This document shows positions 1 through 12,081 of a stretch of DNA of 64,000 bases, in pieces. The DNA comes from Chiloscyllium plagiosum (Eukaryota). Under the pieces are notes generated by a model. That model did not search any database. It saw nothing but the letters and a program-made list of their open reading frames with translations, and was not told where the DNA came from. Where the stretch lies: positions 48,038,043 through 48,102,042 of the forward strand of contig NC_057728.1 of NCBI RefSeq assembly GCF_004010195.1. Reading direction: 5' to 3'. A program made the position numbers and the translations under genes. Each line of letters begins with the position of its first letter. The first letter of the stretch is position 1.

Positions 1-82
1 GTGTGGTGCTGGAAAAGCACAGCAGGTCAGGCAGCATCTGAGGAGCAGGAGAATTGATGTTTCGGGCGAAAGCCCTTCATCA
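1..82 (-). mobile_element. Penelope-like pLTR fragment, family A (cut by window edge), degenerate hammerhead
   Basis: GTGTGGTGCTGGAAAAGCACAGCAGGTCAGGCAGCATC repeat shared with many loci in the window. Reverse complement has TGATGAAGGGC-TTTC-GCCCGAAAC. Confidence 0.8.
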
Positions 83-2360
83 ATCCTCATCTCCTCCGTG
101 ATACCATATTGGACTTGGTACTGGGGAACGAACCAGGCCAAGTGTTAGATTTGGAGGTTGGTGAACACGTTGACAATAGTGACCACAATTCAGTTATGTT
201 TACAAGAGCAATGGGCAGGGATAGGTATATATTGCAGGGAAAGAGGTATAACTGGGGGAAAGGCAATTATGATGCGATTAGGCTAGATTTAGGATGCATA
301 GGATGGGGAAGGAAACTGCAGGAGATGGACGCATTTGAAATGTGGAGCTTATTCATGGAACAGCTACTGCGGGTCCTTGAGAAGTATATACCTGTCAGGC
401 AGGGAGGTAGTTGTCGAGAGAAGGAGCCATGGTTTATTAAAGAAGTTGAAGCTGTTGTCAAGAAGAAGAAGAAGAAGAAGGCTTATGTGAGGATGAGGTG
501 TGAAGGCTCAGTTAGGGGGCTTGAGAGTTATAAGTTAGCCAGAAAAGATCTAAAGAGAGGGCTAAGAGTCAGGAGGGAACATGAGAAGATTTTGGTAGAT
601 AGGATCAAGGAAAACACTAAGGCTTTCTACAGGATATCAGGAATACAAGAATGACTAGAGTAAGATTAGGGCCAATCAAAGATAGGAATGGGAAGTTGTG
701 TGTGGAATCTGAGGACTTAGGGGAAATGCTTAAAGAATACTTTTTGTCAGTATTTACATTGGAAAAGGGCAATGTTAGTGTGAATACAGAGATACAGGCT
801 ACAGGATTAGATGGGATTGAGATTGACAAAGAGAAGGGTTTAGCAATTTTGGAAGATCTGAAAATAGATGAGACCCTGGGATGGGTGGGATTTATCCTCT
901 GATTCTCCAGGGAGGAGATTGCAGAGCCTTTGGCTTTGATCCTAATGTCATCATTGTTGACAGGAGTAGTGCCAGAAGACTGGAGGATAGCAAATGTTGT
1001 TCCCTTACCTAAGAAGGGGAGTTGAGACTTACTTCGGTTGTGGGTAAAATATTGGAAAAGGATATAAGAGATAGGATTTATAATAATTGGGAAAGGGATA
1101 ATTTGATTAGGGATAGTCAACATGGTTTTGTGAAGGGTAGGCCATGACTCACTAACCTTACTGAGTTCTTTGAGAAGGTGACAAAATAGGTGGATGAAGG
1201 TAAAGTGGTTGATATGGTGTATATTGGCTTCAGTAAGGCATTTGATAAGGTTGCACATGGTAGGCTATTGCACAAAATACTGAGTTTCAGGATTGATGGT
1301 GATTTAGTGGTTTGGATCAGAAATTGGCTAGCTGAAAGAAGACAGAGGTTGGTGGTTGATGGAAATATTCATCATGGTGCTCAGTTACCAGTGGTGTGCC
1401 GCAAGGATTTGTTTTAGGGCCACTTCTGTTTGTCATTTTTATAAATGATTTGGATGTGGGTGTAGAAGGATGGGTTAATCAGATGACACTAAGGTAGGCA
1501 GAGTTGTGTATAGTGCCGATGGATGTTGTGGGTTACAGAGACACATAGATACGATGAAGAGCTGGGCTGAGAAGTGGCAAATGGAGTTTAATGCCGAAAA
1601 GTGAGAGGTGATTCACTTTGGAAGAAGTAACAGGAATGCAGAGTACTCAGCTAATGGTAAAATTCTTGGCAGTGTAGATGAACAGAGAGATCTTGGAGTC
1701 CAGGTGCATAAATCCCTATAAGTTGCCTCCCAGGTTGATAGGGTTATTAAGAAGGCATATGGTGTGTTGGCGTTTATTGGTAGGGGATTGTGTTTTGGAG
1801 CCACATGGTCATGCTTCAGCTGTACAAGACACTGGTAAGGCCACACCTGAAGTGTTGTGTACTGGTCACTGCATTATAGGAAGGATGTGGAAATGTTGGA
1901 AAGGGTTCAGAGGAGATTTACTAGGATGTTGCCTGGTATGGAAGGAAGGTCTTACAAGAAAAGGCTGAGGGAACTGACGCTGTTATCCTTGGAGAGAAGA
2001 AGGTTGAGAGGTGACTTAATCGAGACATATAAGATGATCAGAGAGTTAGATAGGGTGAACAGTTTTTCTTGGATGGTGAAAGCAACAATGAGGGGACATA
2101 GCTTTAAGTTGAGGGATGATAGATTTAGGACAGATATCAGGGGTACATTTTGTACTCAGAGAGTGGTAAGGGCATGGAACGACCTGCCTGAAACAGTAGT
2201 AAACTTGCCGATGTTAAGGGCATTTAAATAGACATTGGACATACATATGGATAATAATGGAACGGTGTAGGTTAGATGGGCGTCTGATTAATTTCACAGG
2301 TTAGCACAACAGCGAGGGCTGAAGGGCCTATACTGCACTATAACGTTCTATGTGCTATGT
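83..2360 (+). mobile_element. CR1-clade LINE (HER1-like), 5'-truncated and frameshifted ORF2 (RT)
   Basis: ORF pieces LDLVLGNEPGQV, FSKAFDKVAHGRLL and [15 protein letters not shown]. The 3' end is GAAGGGCC...TTCTATGT. Confidence 0.92.
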
Positions 2361-2863
2361 ACTTCTTATACTAATAATTTCATTGCTGTGGTCAAGTTGA
2401 ACCTTTTGTTTTATCTTCTAAGATACATATGATCCACAAATGATCATACCTACCTTTGAAACATAATCATTAAATTTTAGTTAATTCTTTTTATGACCCT
2501 AAACCTTAAGTTCCTCACTAAGAAATACAGGTTAGCTTTAAGTTAAATAATACAGCCACCCATGAAATGCATCTTATCAATGAACAGCCTATTTTGAACT
2601 GACTGTATTTGGAGATCAATCCAAGGATGGAGTAGCGTGAAGATTTTAATGTTAATGTTCATTTTTGAGATCTATCCAATTTAATATCCCTCAGTTATGT
2701 TTCAATTGAATTTATTCCCTTTTTTTAATATGTTCTATTTTAGATGTCTTAAGTATTGCACTATGTTCTGCAGTATTTTTCAGGTAAGAAAAAGACCTAA
2801 TAAAATCCTCAAGAAATTACTCATTGTCATCTTTACTGAAGTTTTTCTTGTCCTTTTTTCCAG

Positions 2864-2977
2864 GCTATACAAATGGATGTAAAAAAGTTGAACATCACCT
2901 TACTTCGGATATTCCGTGAAGGAATAGCTGCAGCCTTGGGTCTTTTACCACAGCAAGTACATATTAATCATCTGAAT
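2864..2977 (+). CDS. PTPRR: PTPRR internal coding exon (equivalent to human exon 3), extracellular region
   Basis: Pyrimidine tract+CAG acceptor, GTAAGT donor at 2978. The 114 nt read AIQMDVKKLNITLLRIFREGIAAALGLLPQQVHINHLN, matching recalled human TLQMDVNKLNITLLRIFRQGVAAALGLLPQQVHINRLI. N-I-T sequon kept. Not captured by the ORF track. Confidence 0.95.
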
Positions 2978-3841
2978 GTAAGTTACCTTCCAGCCACTGA
3001 AAACCAATGAGCAATTACGTCTGTAGCATCCATCACATTAGTTCTTTCGTCTGGTTTAAAAGGAAGTGTTATGATAGACGACATGGCCTCATTTGTAAAC
3101 ATGTAAAAGGTGTAAATATTATCACAGTATTACTTTGCACCAAAGTTGCATTTTTCCAAAATAAAAGGTAAAGCTTTTTCTTTGATAAATCTTACACTGT
3201 CGTAATTCATCAAAAGCTTATTAGTTACCACAGATAAATACAAATATTTGCGAATATACCGTGGCTCTCTTTTTAATGTGCACAAATGTCCTACATAATG
3301 TTGAAGGACAAGTTAAGAGCTTACAGCAGAGTCACATTCAATATTATTGGCAATTACTTGAAACTGAGAGAAAAGCTAATGAAGACAGATAAGAGCTAAT
3401 GGATCCCAAATGTGCAGTCACACCAGCAGCTTTCTGAAACATGCTGTAATACTCCATTTTCCATTCTCCCTCCTGTTTCCTTGGATTTTATAGTTTGTCG
3501 GCTATAAATTCTGATTAAATTCTCACAAATGGGGACCAAGTGATAAATAAATGAGTCCTGAAACACTGCCGGTTTCTTTTATTTGATTTTGTTTTGAATA
3601 TTTGTGTAACAATTCAGATGCTGTCCAGCAGATTACATTAATATTAAACATATTGATATATTAAATGCTTGCTAAAAGGAAAAGAAAACATATACAAATT
3701 ACACAGCTAAGCAACTTATTAGGTAGATGAAATTTTATTCTTCCCGCACGTATAATGCAGAAATGAGCTAAGAGTTGTGCAGATTATTTAACCAGGAATA
3801 CCCTTGTCACCTTTGATTTTTATATTTGGAAAATGAAACAG

Positions 3842-3997
3842 GACAAGACGAACTGCATTGAATTTTATATATCTTCAGTGAATGAAAGAAGTGCCACATT
3901 AGATCCAATACCTTCGGATGAAGTGATGCAATCGCTCAATGTAAATATGCTGCACCAAAGTCTGTCAGAGTTTGGCATAACACAGGTTACACCTGAG
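3842..3997 (+). CDS. PTPRR: PTPRR internal coding exon (equivalent to human exon 4)
   Basis: CAG acceptor, GTAAGC donor. The 156 nt read DKTNCIEFYISS...PSDEVMQSLNVNMLHQSLSEFGITQVTPE (inside ORF 3833..4102), versus recalled human PSEEVLRSLNINVLHQSLSQFGITEVSPE. Phase 0/0. Confidence 0.95.
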
Positions 3998-4626
3998 GTA
4001 AGCAATTGTTCACTGTTTATTGTCTCAATTAAAGAATATAAACAGATCTGCACCTATTTGGAAGATTTCATGGTTGTGCGAGATGTGTCTCAGCTTAGCT
4101 GAGCTGTAAACCTGACTGAAGGTGAAACTTCAGTTTATCCTAATAAAAACTGATAAAGGAAAACAAATGATAATTGTATGGCAGGCAGCAGAATATCTGA
4201 ACAACAAATAACACTGTTAATCCATTCAGGTTTTGTTTACATGGAGCCTTGACAATTGTTATTCTACAGTGCTGTAAAATATGCCTTGCAGACAAGACTG
4301 GCTTGATTAAAGTCTAGAAAGGTTGATAGATTTGTTTTGCTATTTCATGCTTTTTTCTTCATTAATTGATAATCTTTTTTGTGGATGGAATAATGATTTT
4401 ACTATAGCATGTGACTAAAACTGTCACAGAACAATGACCCAGAATGAAGTGAATTCCAAGAATAGCAAATGTTTCTTCGTAATGCTTACGTTTTTTTGGT
4501 AGCTTTTTCTTTGCTCTTGAGGATGAAAAGAAATGAGCAGGAGAGGGACCAGAATGGGAGAAGGCAATTTAAATGATCCATGAGATTTCTTTTGTCTGGC
4601 AGTCCCTATGTTTACGATCAGAGAGA

Positions 4627-4978
4627 TTTGTGGTGCTGGAAAAGCACAGCAGGTCAGGCAGCATCCGAGGAGCAGGAGAATCGATGTTTCGGACATAAAC
4701 CCTTCATCAGGAATGAGGCTTTTGGGCTAGGGGCTGAGAGATAAGTGGGAGGGGGGCTGGGGGGGAAGGTAGTTGAGAATGCAACTGGTAGATGAAGTTG
4801 GGGGAGAAGGTGATAGGTCACAGAGGAGGGTGGAGCAGATAGATGGGAAAGACAATGGACAGGTCAAGAGGGCGGTGCCGAGTTGGAGGCTTGGGTCTGG
4901 GATAGGTAGGGGGGAGGAGAATGAAGAAACTGGTGAAATTCATTGATCTCCAGCACTTGCAGTCCTCACTTTCTCTTT
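4627..4978 (-). mobile_element. Penelope-like 3' fragment, family A: minus-strand body plus opposite-strand 3' tail
   Basis: pLTR repeat, hammerhead-like core at 4679-4714 and purine-rich 3'UTR. The tail TGATCTCCAGCA..CTCACTTTCTC is on +. Flanking TCAGAGAGA at 4618-4626 and 4979-4987. Confidence 0.8.
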
Positions 4979-6675
4979 TCAGAGAGACTTGTTTGCTGTG
5001 TTCTGAGATACTAGATCACAGTTAAAAGCTTCTATCCACATATGCCACTCCTAAACAGGACACAACTGATCCATGTGCAAAGTGAAATTCTCGATGTTGG
5101 ACCCCAACCATGTGTTTATTTCCTAATATAAATTTTTGAGACACCCATTGTAGATTTGACGACCCTGATTGCAGCCTCGCTCGGTAGGCTACTTTGAAAA
5201 CAAGATCCAGATGTGGTCAAACTAGTGATTCCTATGTCATTGATTGCAGGCTGCCACCAGAAAAAGTAGGTTTTGTAAGAAACTAGGAGAAATGGAAGTA
5301 ATTATTTCACATTAATTCCAGATAAAAATCAGAAGCCATTGTTGAAAAACAATTGCAAGAGCTCTAGATTGCCTCCCTTGCTCTCCTGTTTGCTCTCTTC
5401 CCCCATTTCCTCATCACCACATCCTAACTCTCCTTATCCCTTTCAATATACAAACATCCATTCCCCCCAACCTCCAAGCCTGCCCAAGGGTTGTTGACAA
5501 CAACTAGTGACCTGAAGATGTCCAGCATGTGTCTGTAGTTCACAGGTCCAAGGTAAATTGAGGCCTATGTTTAGAACCAATATGCTACCATTGTTTAACC
5601 ATTATGCATTCAAACCTGCCATGAATGCAGAGCAGGTTTAGCCTATTCCAGCTTCCATTTCTTATGATCTTACTGACAAAATAGGAATCAATCAATGAAT
5701 AAATAAGTGGAGCAGCAGGCACCACTTAATAGCTTGATAAAGCAACATGCACCAGCAAGTTAATAGCAACACAAACAGATCAGGCACAAACAAATTAAAT
5801 TTAAGGAGGTGCCTATGAATCAAATTCATTCGGTAATGGGATCAGAAGCAAAGGAATAAACTGTTGGAGCAGGGGGCACCTGTACATTAATAAATTAACA
5901 AGACAGAGGGCATCATTAAATCAGTACAACCATAGAACAGCAGGCATACTAACACATGGAATATAGTAACAGAGATTCCGGTAAATTACTGCAGCACCAG
6001 TCATACCAATACATCAGTAATGGAAAGCCTAAAAAAAAAGAATGTAGCAGTAAATTACTTAATTTATACAGCAGTGGGTACTCCATCAAATAAAAAATTC
6101 AAGATAAGTAAACAATAGTGAATTTAAAAATAGTTAAGCTCACAACCTCTAAATTAATTAACTTTCAATATTTATCGTTGATATTAAATTAAAAATTAAA
6201 CTAAGTATGTCATAAAAATGTGGTTTATTGATAGATGTTGCTAGCTTCTAAGCAATTTTGCATTTACACATTCTCAAGGGCAATAATAGGGATCAGCAAT
6301 AAATGATGGACCAGCCAGAAAAAAAACACAAAACCTGTGAGTGGCACATACTGATCCAACTCATCCTGTATTCTCCAAATGCAGCTCCAATATGACTATT
6401 ATGTTCATTTCCAAGAAGTACGAGTATTTTACTGGTTTTCCCCTCTTCTCTAGCTAACAATGCCAACATCCGTGAACCAGTAAAAATAGATTCAAAGTTC
6501 AACTCTCAATTTCAGTTGACTGTGCCAAACTAAAAATGACAAAAATAAAGAAATTCAGTGATGGTCCCTTCCAACATGATGTTTAGTAAATTTGGATAAT
6601 TGATGTTCAGATAACCGAGGGTGTACTGTGATTGAGTGTAAGCAATAATTAAGAGAATTCTGGTTGATGGAGTTG

Positions 6676-6976
6676 ATTAATTACAGTGTGGAAACAGGCC
6701 CTTCGGCCCAACAAGTCCACACTGCCCCGCCGAAGCACAACCCACCCATACCCCTATATTTACCCCTTACCTAACACTACGGGCAATTTAGCATGGCCAA
6801 TTCACCTGACCTGCACATCTTTGGACTGTGGGAGGAAATCAGAGCACCCGGAGGAAACCCACGCAGACACGGAGAGAACATACAAACTCCACACAATCAG
6901 TCGCCTGAGGCGGGAATTGAACCCGGGTCTCAGGCGCTGTGAGGCAGCAGTGCTAACCACTGTGCCACCGTGCTGC
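6676..6976 (-). mobile_element. HE1-type V-SINE (tRNA-derived), full length
   Basis: Reverse complement has a tRNA head (GGTGGCACAGTGGTTAGC...GGTTCAATTCC), the V-domain GTGTCTGCGTGGGTTTCCTCCGGGTGCTC and a CR1-like tail GGCCGAAGGGCCTGTTTCCACACTGT. Confidence 0.9.
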
Positions 6977-7093
6977 ACAATTAATCTTGATTTCTTGTGG
7001 TTGTGTGCACGAATCTTGTCTGCATTTCTGCTCATTTTAACTCTTGCAGAATGGAAGATCACAAAATGTTGATTAGTTGACGATTGTGTACCA

Positions 7094-7475
7094 GATTCTG
7101 GATCAGTGGTGCTGGAAGAGCACAAGCAATTCAGGCAGCATCCAACGAGCAGCGAAATCGACGTTTCGGGCAAAAGCCCTTCATCAGGAATAAAGGCAGA
7201 GAGCCTGAAGCGTGGAGAGATAAGCTAGGGGAGGGTGGGGGTGGGGAGAGAGTAGCATAGAGTACAATGGGTGAGTGGGGGAGGAGATGAAGGTGATAGG
7301 TCAGGGAGGAGAGGGTGGAGTGGATAGGTGGAAAAGGAGCTAGGCAGGTCGGACAAGTCCGGACAAGTCAAGGGGACAGTGCGGAGCTGGAAGTTTGAAA
7401 CTAGGATGAGGTGGGGGAAGGGGAAACGAGGAAGCTGTTGAAGTCCACATTGATGCCCTGGGGTTGAAGTGTTCC
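7094..7475 (-). mobile_element. Penelope-like 3' fragment, family A variant, tail-less
   Basis: pLTR repeat, hammerhead core and end of the GIY-YIG coding region. 10-bp TSD TTGTGTACCA at 7084-7093 and 7476-7485. Confidence 0.85.
7156..7191 (-). ncRNA. Minimal type I hammerhead ribozyme motif (PLE family A)
   Basis: Reverse complement reads AUUC-CUGAUGA-A-GGGC-UUUU-GCCC-GAAAC-GUC-GAUU. Core intact, stem I weak. Confidence 0.65.
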
Positions 7476-10354
7476 TTGTGTACCAAAGCTGACCTGATGC
7501 TTGTCAAGCAGGTTTTTGTTTGGCAACTTTGTTTGAAGCTTGAATCCTGGCAGAGTTTCATAGGTTTGTTGTTTTTTGCTAAATTGTATTCAGGTAGAGT
7601 TGTAGACTTAGAGGTTTGTAAAGGGCATTTGTTTTACAGGTTTGTTAGCAGGATATGTGTATCGCTGACTAGGTCAGCATATATCACCTATCCTAACTTC
7701 CCATGAAAATGTATTGGTCAATAGTCTGCATGGTGAAGTAATCTCTACATCATCTAGCCATAACTGTAACATGCATGTTTTCCACAAACAACAGATTTTT
7801 AAAGTCTAGAAGGAGAATGAGATTCAGAAAGGAGTGAAATTAATAAATAAATGAAAAGAGGAAGTTGAAAACTTTTTTTTGTTATTCTATGGGATGTGAG
7901 TATCACTGACAAGGCCAGCATTTATTACCGATGCCTGATTGCCTTTGAGAAGGTGGCAAGGTTCTGCCTTCTTGAACTGCTTCAGTGCATCTCAAGCAGG
8001 TACACCATAGTGCTGTTTGGAAAGGAATTCCAGTGGTTTGACCCAGCGAAGTAGAAGGAACAATCATATTGTTCCAAATCAGGATGATACCTGGTTTTGA
8101 GGGTAACTCCTTTCCTAAAAGCACTCTGGTGTACTTGCATAAGATGTAATGAAGCAGTTCAAGAAGGCAGTACTGTCAGATAGTAGTGGGTTGCAATGCT
8201 CTTATACCTTGCTGCTGCCACTGCAAGTCGATGGTGGAGGGAGTGTATGTCAAAGGCTGTCTGCAAGATTTCCTACAGAAGATTTTATGGAGGTGCAAGT
8301 GGGAAGGTGATTGTGGCCCCAACAATCATCCACTCACCTGATTAAATGCCACCCTGACACCAAACTCAACACAGGGGAGACCTTAAGCTCTGTCTCGTGT
8401 GTGCATTCCAGAATTCTTCCTTCAGATGCTATTTTGTTGTCCATCCAAAACACAAAATTATGACAAATGAACTGGGATGTAAGGAACTCATCTCCTGATT
8501 ATCCGTAAGCTTCATCTGCACTTTGTGAGGATTAGCAACGATATTTTTCTCTGTATTCCAGTGCTATAATTTATCTGTTTATCTTCTGAGCACTGTCAAT
8601 TCTGTGTTTAAACCTGATGTTTAGCAAACTCTAAATTTCCTAAAAGGTAAGGGAAAAGATTTGGTGAAGAACTACAGGCAGTATATCCAAATAAAGCATG
8701 AGATCTAAGTTACAGACACCATTTTTGACCCAACACAGATATGCAACACTAACGCATATAATAAAGTCACTAGATGCAACAAACCTTTTGCACTTGTATA
8801 TGAGACTTCTATCACACACTACAAAAGAGCCAAGTACTTTAAAAATTGATCACACCGTTACATAGCTTTGTAATTTTGTACTCGTCTGCTGGTGGTTTAT
8901 TACAACAGGGTAACATTCGGAAGGATGGAGTTGATATCATCAGCATCACTGCCCCTCGATTCAAGGATGACATCTGCTCAGTATTACAAATTTTGGCCAA
9001 GGGTTTTCATTTCATTGAACCAGTCTCTTCTTTCCACCTCATTGTAAAGGCATTTGAATTCAAAGCATGACTTACTTACCTTGATGGACAAATAAACAGC
9101 AATGTTCTTCGTCATTACATCAGCACTTATACCCGTTTTGAACTGATGAGTCTGATGTCAGACAAACCATAAGGACATTAGAGGTCGAATTTTCACAGTA
9201 CATCCGCTTTCATAAAAAGAGCATTTTTGATTTGATGGCAGCAGTGTCCATTGTTTTATGACATAGCTGAGAAGAGCCATTTGCAAACACATTTGTTACA
9301 ATTAATTTCAACAACTTATCACTGAGACTATTTAACAAATCACATTATGTAGGCGGTGAGAGAAAAGACTGAAAATAATTTTGTTTTGAAGCATACAACT
9401 TCATTGACTGTCTGTCAGCAGGAGAAGTGATGGGTACAAATTGCACTCAGGATTGTGCTTGTGCTCAGAAGTGTGTTTGATTAGCTTCTGTTCAAACTCA
9501 TTTACAAATAATGAATGTAAAATCTGCTATTGAACAGAGCAATTGACCAGCATTTTGACCATAACTTCAAAAAAGAAGTTGCACTTAAAACCATCTTTGA
9601 TACATTTAAGAGTGTTAACCTGGTGTCATTTATTAATTGAGTTGAAAGTGGGTTTAATGAGTCTCTAGTCCGTCACTTGATTTTAAATATTTGAAAATGA
9701 ATTTATAGAAAAACTCTGTTAAAATGTTCACTGCTATTTATCATAAGAGAAATGAAGGTTTTTTTAACTACCTAGTTTGACTTATCAAGAGTGTGAAATA
9801 TAGGTTGTAAATGTCCGAGGTTCAACTCTGCCTGCCATGAATCACTCAAGTTTATTCAGTCTGGCAATGCAATAAACTGGCCTTGGTATGCATGAGTTAG
9901 GGAAGGAAACCTTTAGCTGGTATTTCCACTCTAAGTTGTTGTTAGACAAAAAATACTTGATGTGGGCATACGTTGCTATTGTGTTTGGGAAGGATTGGAC
10001 TTGGCTATGAACAGTTGAGATACACCAACCAGGAAGGGTTTTTTATGAATAACCAGTCTGTGTCAATTGGCAACATAAAGTCACTGAATTGCAGTATGCA
10101 AGAGCTGCCTGTTATCTTCTGTTTTTAATTTCTGTTCCATTAAGCCCTGCTTAAAAAGCTTGCATGGATGCTCATCTAGAACTCCTCAAATAATGAAATA
10201 GTCCAACAAGAACAATGTTGAGAAATTGGGCTAATAAGCAGTGAGTAACATTGGTGCTGCCCAAATGCAGAGGGAAGGCTATCTCCCAACACAGCAGATC
10301 CTAACCATGCCCCATTGATAACCAATAGTGTTACCATACATTCTCCACCAACAA

Positions 10355-10697
10355 CACGGAGGCTCAGTGGTTAGCACTGCTGCCTCACAGCGTCAGGAAC
10401 TCGGATTCGATTCCAGACATGGATGACTGACTGTGTGGAGTTTGCACACTCTCCCCATGGGTTTCCTCCAGGTGCTCTGGTTTCCTCCCACAGTCCAAAG
10501 ATGTGCAAGTTGGGTGAATTGGCCATGCTAAATTGCCCGTACTATTCAGGGATGTGTAGGTTAGGTGCATTAGTCAAGGGAAATGTAGAGCAATAGGGTA
10601 GGGAAATGGATCTGGGTGGATTACTCTTCAGAGGGTCAATGTGGACTTGTTTAACCAAGTGTCCTGTTTCCACACTGTAGAAATTCTGTGATGATTC
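10355..10697 (+). mobile_element. HE1-type V-SINE
   Basis: GGCTCAGTGGTTAGCACTGCTGCCTCACAG head, V-domain and CCTGTTTCCACACTGTA tail. Confidence 0.88.
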
Positions 10698-11202
10698 TAT
10701 GAACATTCTGGAGCTCACCAATGACCAGGAAAATCAGCACAAGCCACATAATACTACGGTTACTAATGCAATTTGGAAGCTGCGTATTCTACAGCAAGTA
10801 ATTCAACTCCTGATTCCCCAAAGTCTGTCCACCAACTACAGGGCACAATTTAGCAAATTCTTCACCAACCTGGAGGAGAGTAACTACAACATTCAGGAAG
10901 CTCAATGACATCCATTGTCACCCTATCCACCACCTAAACAGTCACCCTCTCCACCACTGGGGCAAGGTGCGGGAACAACTCAAAGTTATTTTATTCCCTT
11001 ACCTTAATTTTTTCCACCTAGAAAGACAAGCAAAGCAGAAGCTTGGGCACACCCATCATCTCTGAGCTCTTCTCTAAATCTTACATGCCTTGAATTGGTG
11101 CTTTGTCATCAATAGGTCAAAAAAGCTGGAGCTCCCAACCTAACAGAATTCTGACTGTACCTCAGCCAACACGGACTGCAGCTCAGCATGACTTTCTCAA
11201 GG

Positions 11203-11285
11203 CAGAGGTGGGTACTGCAGATGCTGGAGATTAGAGTGGAAGGGCTTTTGCCCAAAACGTCGATTTTTCCTGCTCCTCAGATGCT
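11203..11285. mobile_element. Tiny two-orientation Penelope-like insertion, family A
   Basis: Minus-strand tail (GTACTGCAGATGCTGGAGATTAGAGT) joined to plus-strand GAAGGGCTTTTGCCCAAAACGTCGA. 17-bp duplication GCATGACTTTCTCAAGG at 11186-11202 and 11286-11302. Confidence 0.8.
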
Positions 11286-11970
11286 GCATGACTTTCTCAA
11301 GGGCAATTACATGGCAATAAACATTGTCACTACCAATGAAGAAAACCTCCCAGGAAAAAAGTGTAAAAAGATATTCTCTTTGCCTGTTTAAAACAGCATG
11401 CTGATGCTCACATGATGTGATCACATTTAAAACCCCACTGCATGTGATTTTGGTGTATTCTTACAAACTAAAGCCAACAAGGAGTCAATACCCAAGTCAA
11501 AGGAAATGGAAAGAGGAATGAACTGATGGGATAAGGAGGAAGGAAAAGGATGAATATTAACTACAATCGAATTTGCTTGCTAAAAACCTGCAATATCAGA
11601 CTTCACAGCTGCTGCAGTAGGAACTTGTGTGATGTCCATGAAATCAATTTAAAGAATCATATTTTAAGAGTCAGGTGTTCTTCTCACAAAAAAGGCATTG
11701 AAACCGTTTAAGTAATTTTCATCATGTGTGATTAAACCAGTTTTTGTCCCTGACAGATTTGACTTTATTTGAAATGGCAGAAAAATATTCAAATTCTATT
11801 TCAGAAACAGATTAGTAAATATTTTTGATAAGTGCACCTGTCCTAATTGTTTTTGTGGTTTGAACTTTGACATGGTGGATATATTACAGGTAAACTGTAG
11901 TGAAAGAAAATGTAAAGCATAACGGATATTTAGCAATCGGCACTAATGTCAATTTTTTGCTTCCTTTCAG

Positions 11971-12081
11971 AAAAAAATTGTGCATGGAGAACATGGGAGG
12001 GATGGGATTTGGAATAAAGAAGGAGTCTATGCTGTGGTTATCTTCCTCACTGCCTTTGTTATTGTCATTACATGTTTAATG
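11971..12081 (+). CDS. PTPRR: PTPRR internal coding exon with transmembrane helix (equivalent to human exon 5)
   Basis: TTCCTTTCAG acceptor, GTAAGA donor. The 111 nt read KKIVHGEHGRDGIWNKEGVYAVVIFLTAFVIVITCLM, versus recalled human IWSKEGFYAVVIFLSIFVIIVTCLM. Confidence 0.95.

Noticed and set aside
6900..6976. tRNA-like sequences (also near 10360, 27300, 46260, 52310, 54640)
   Set aside because: These are SINE heads attached to SINE bodies, not tRNA genes.
8846..9150. 74-aa plus ORF and a minus-strand AAG/GTAAGT donor-like site near 9080
   Set aside because: No recognisable protein similarity and no partner exons; such motifs occur by chance.
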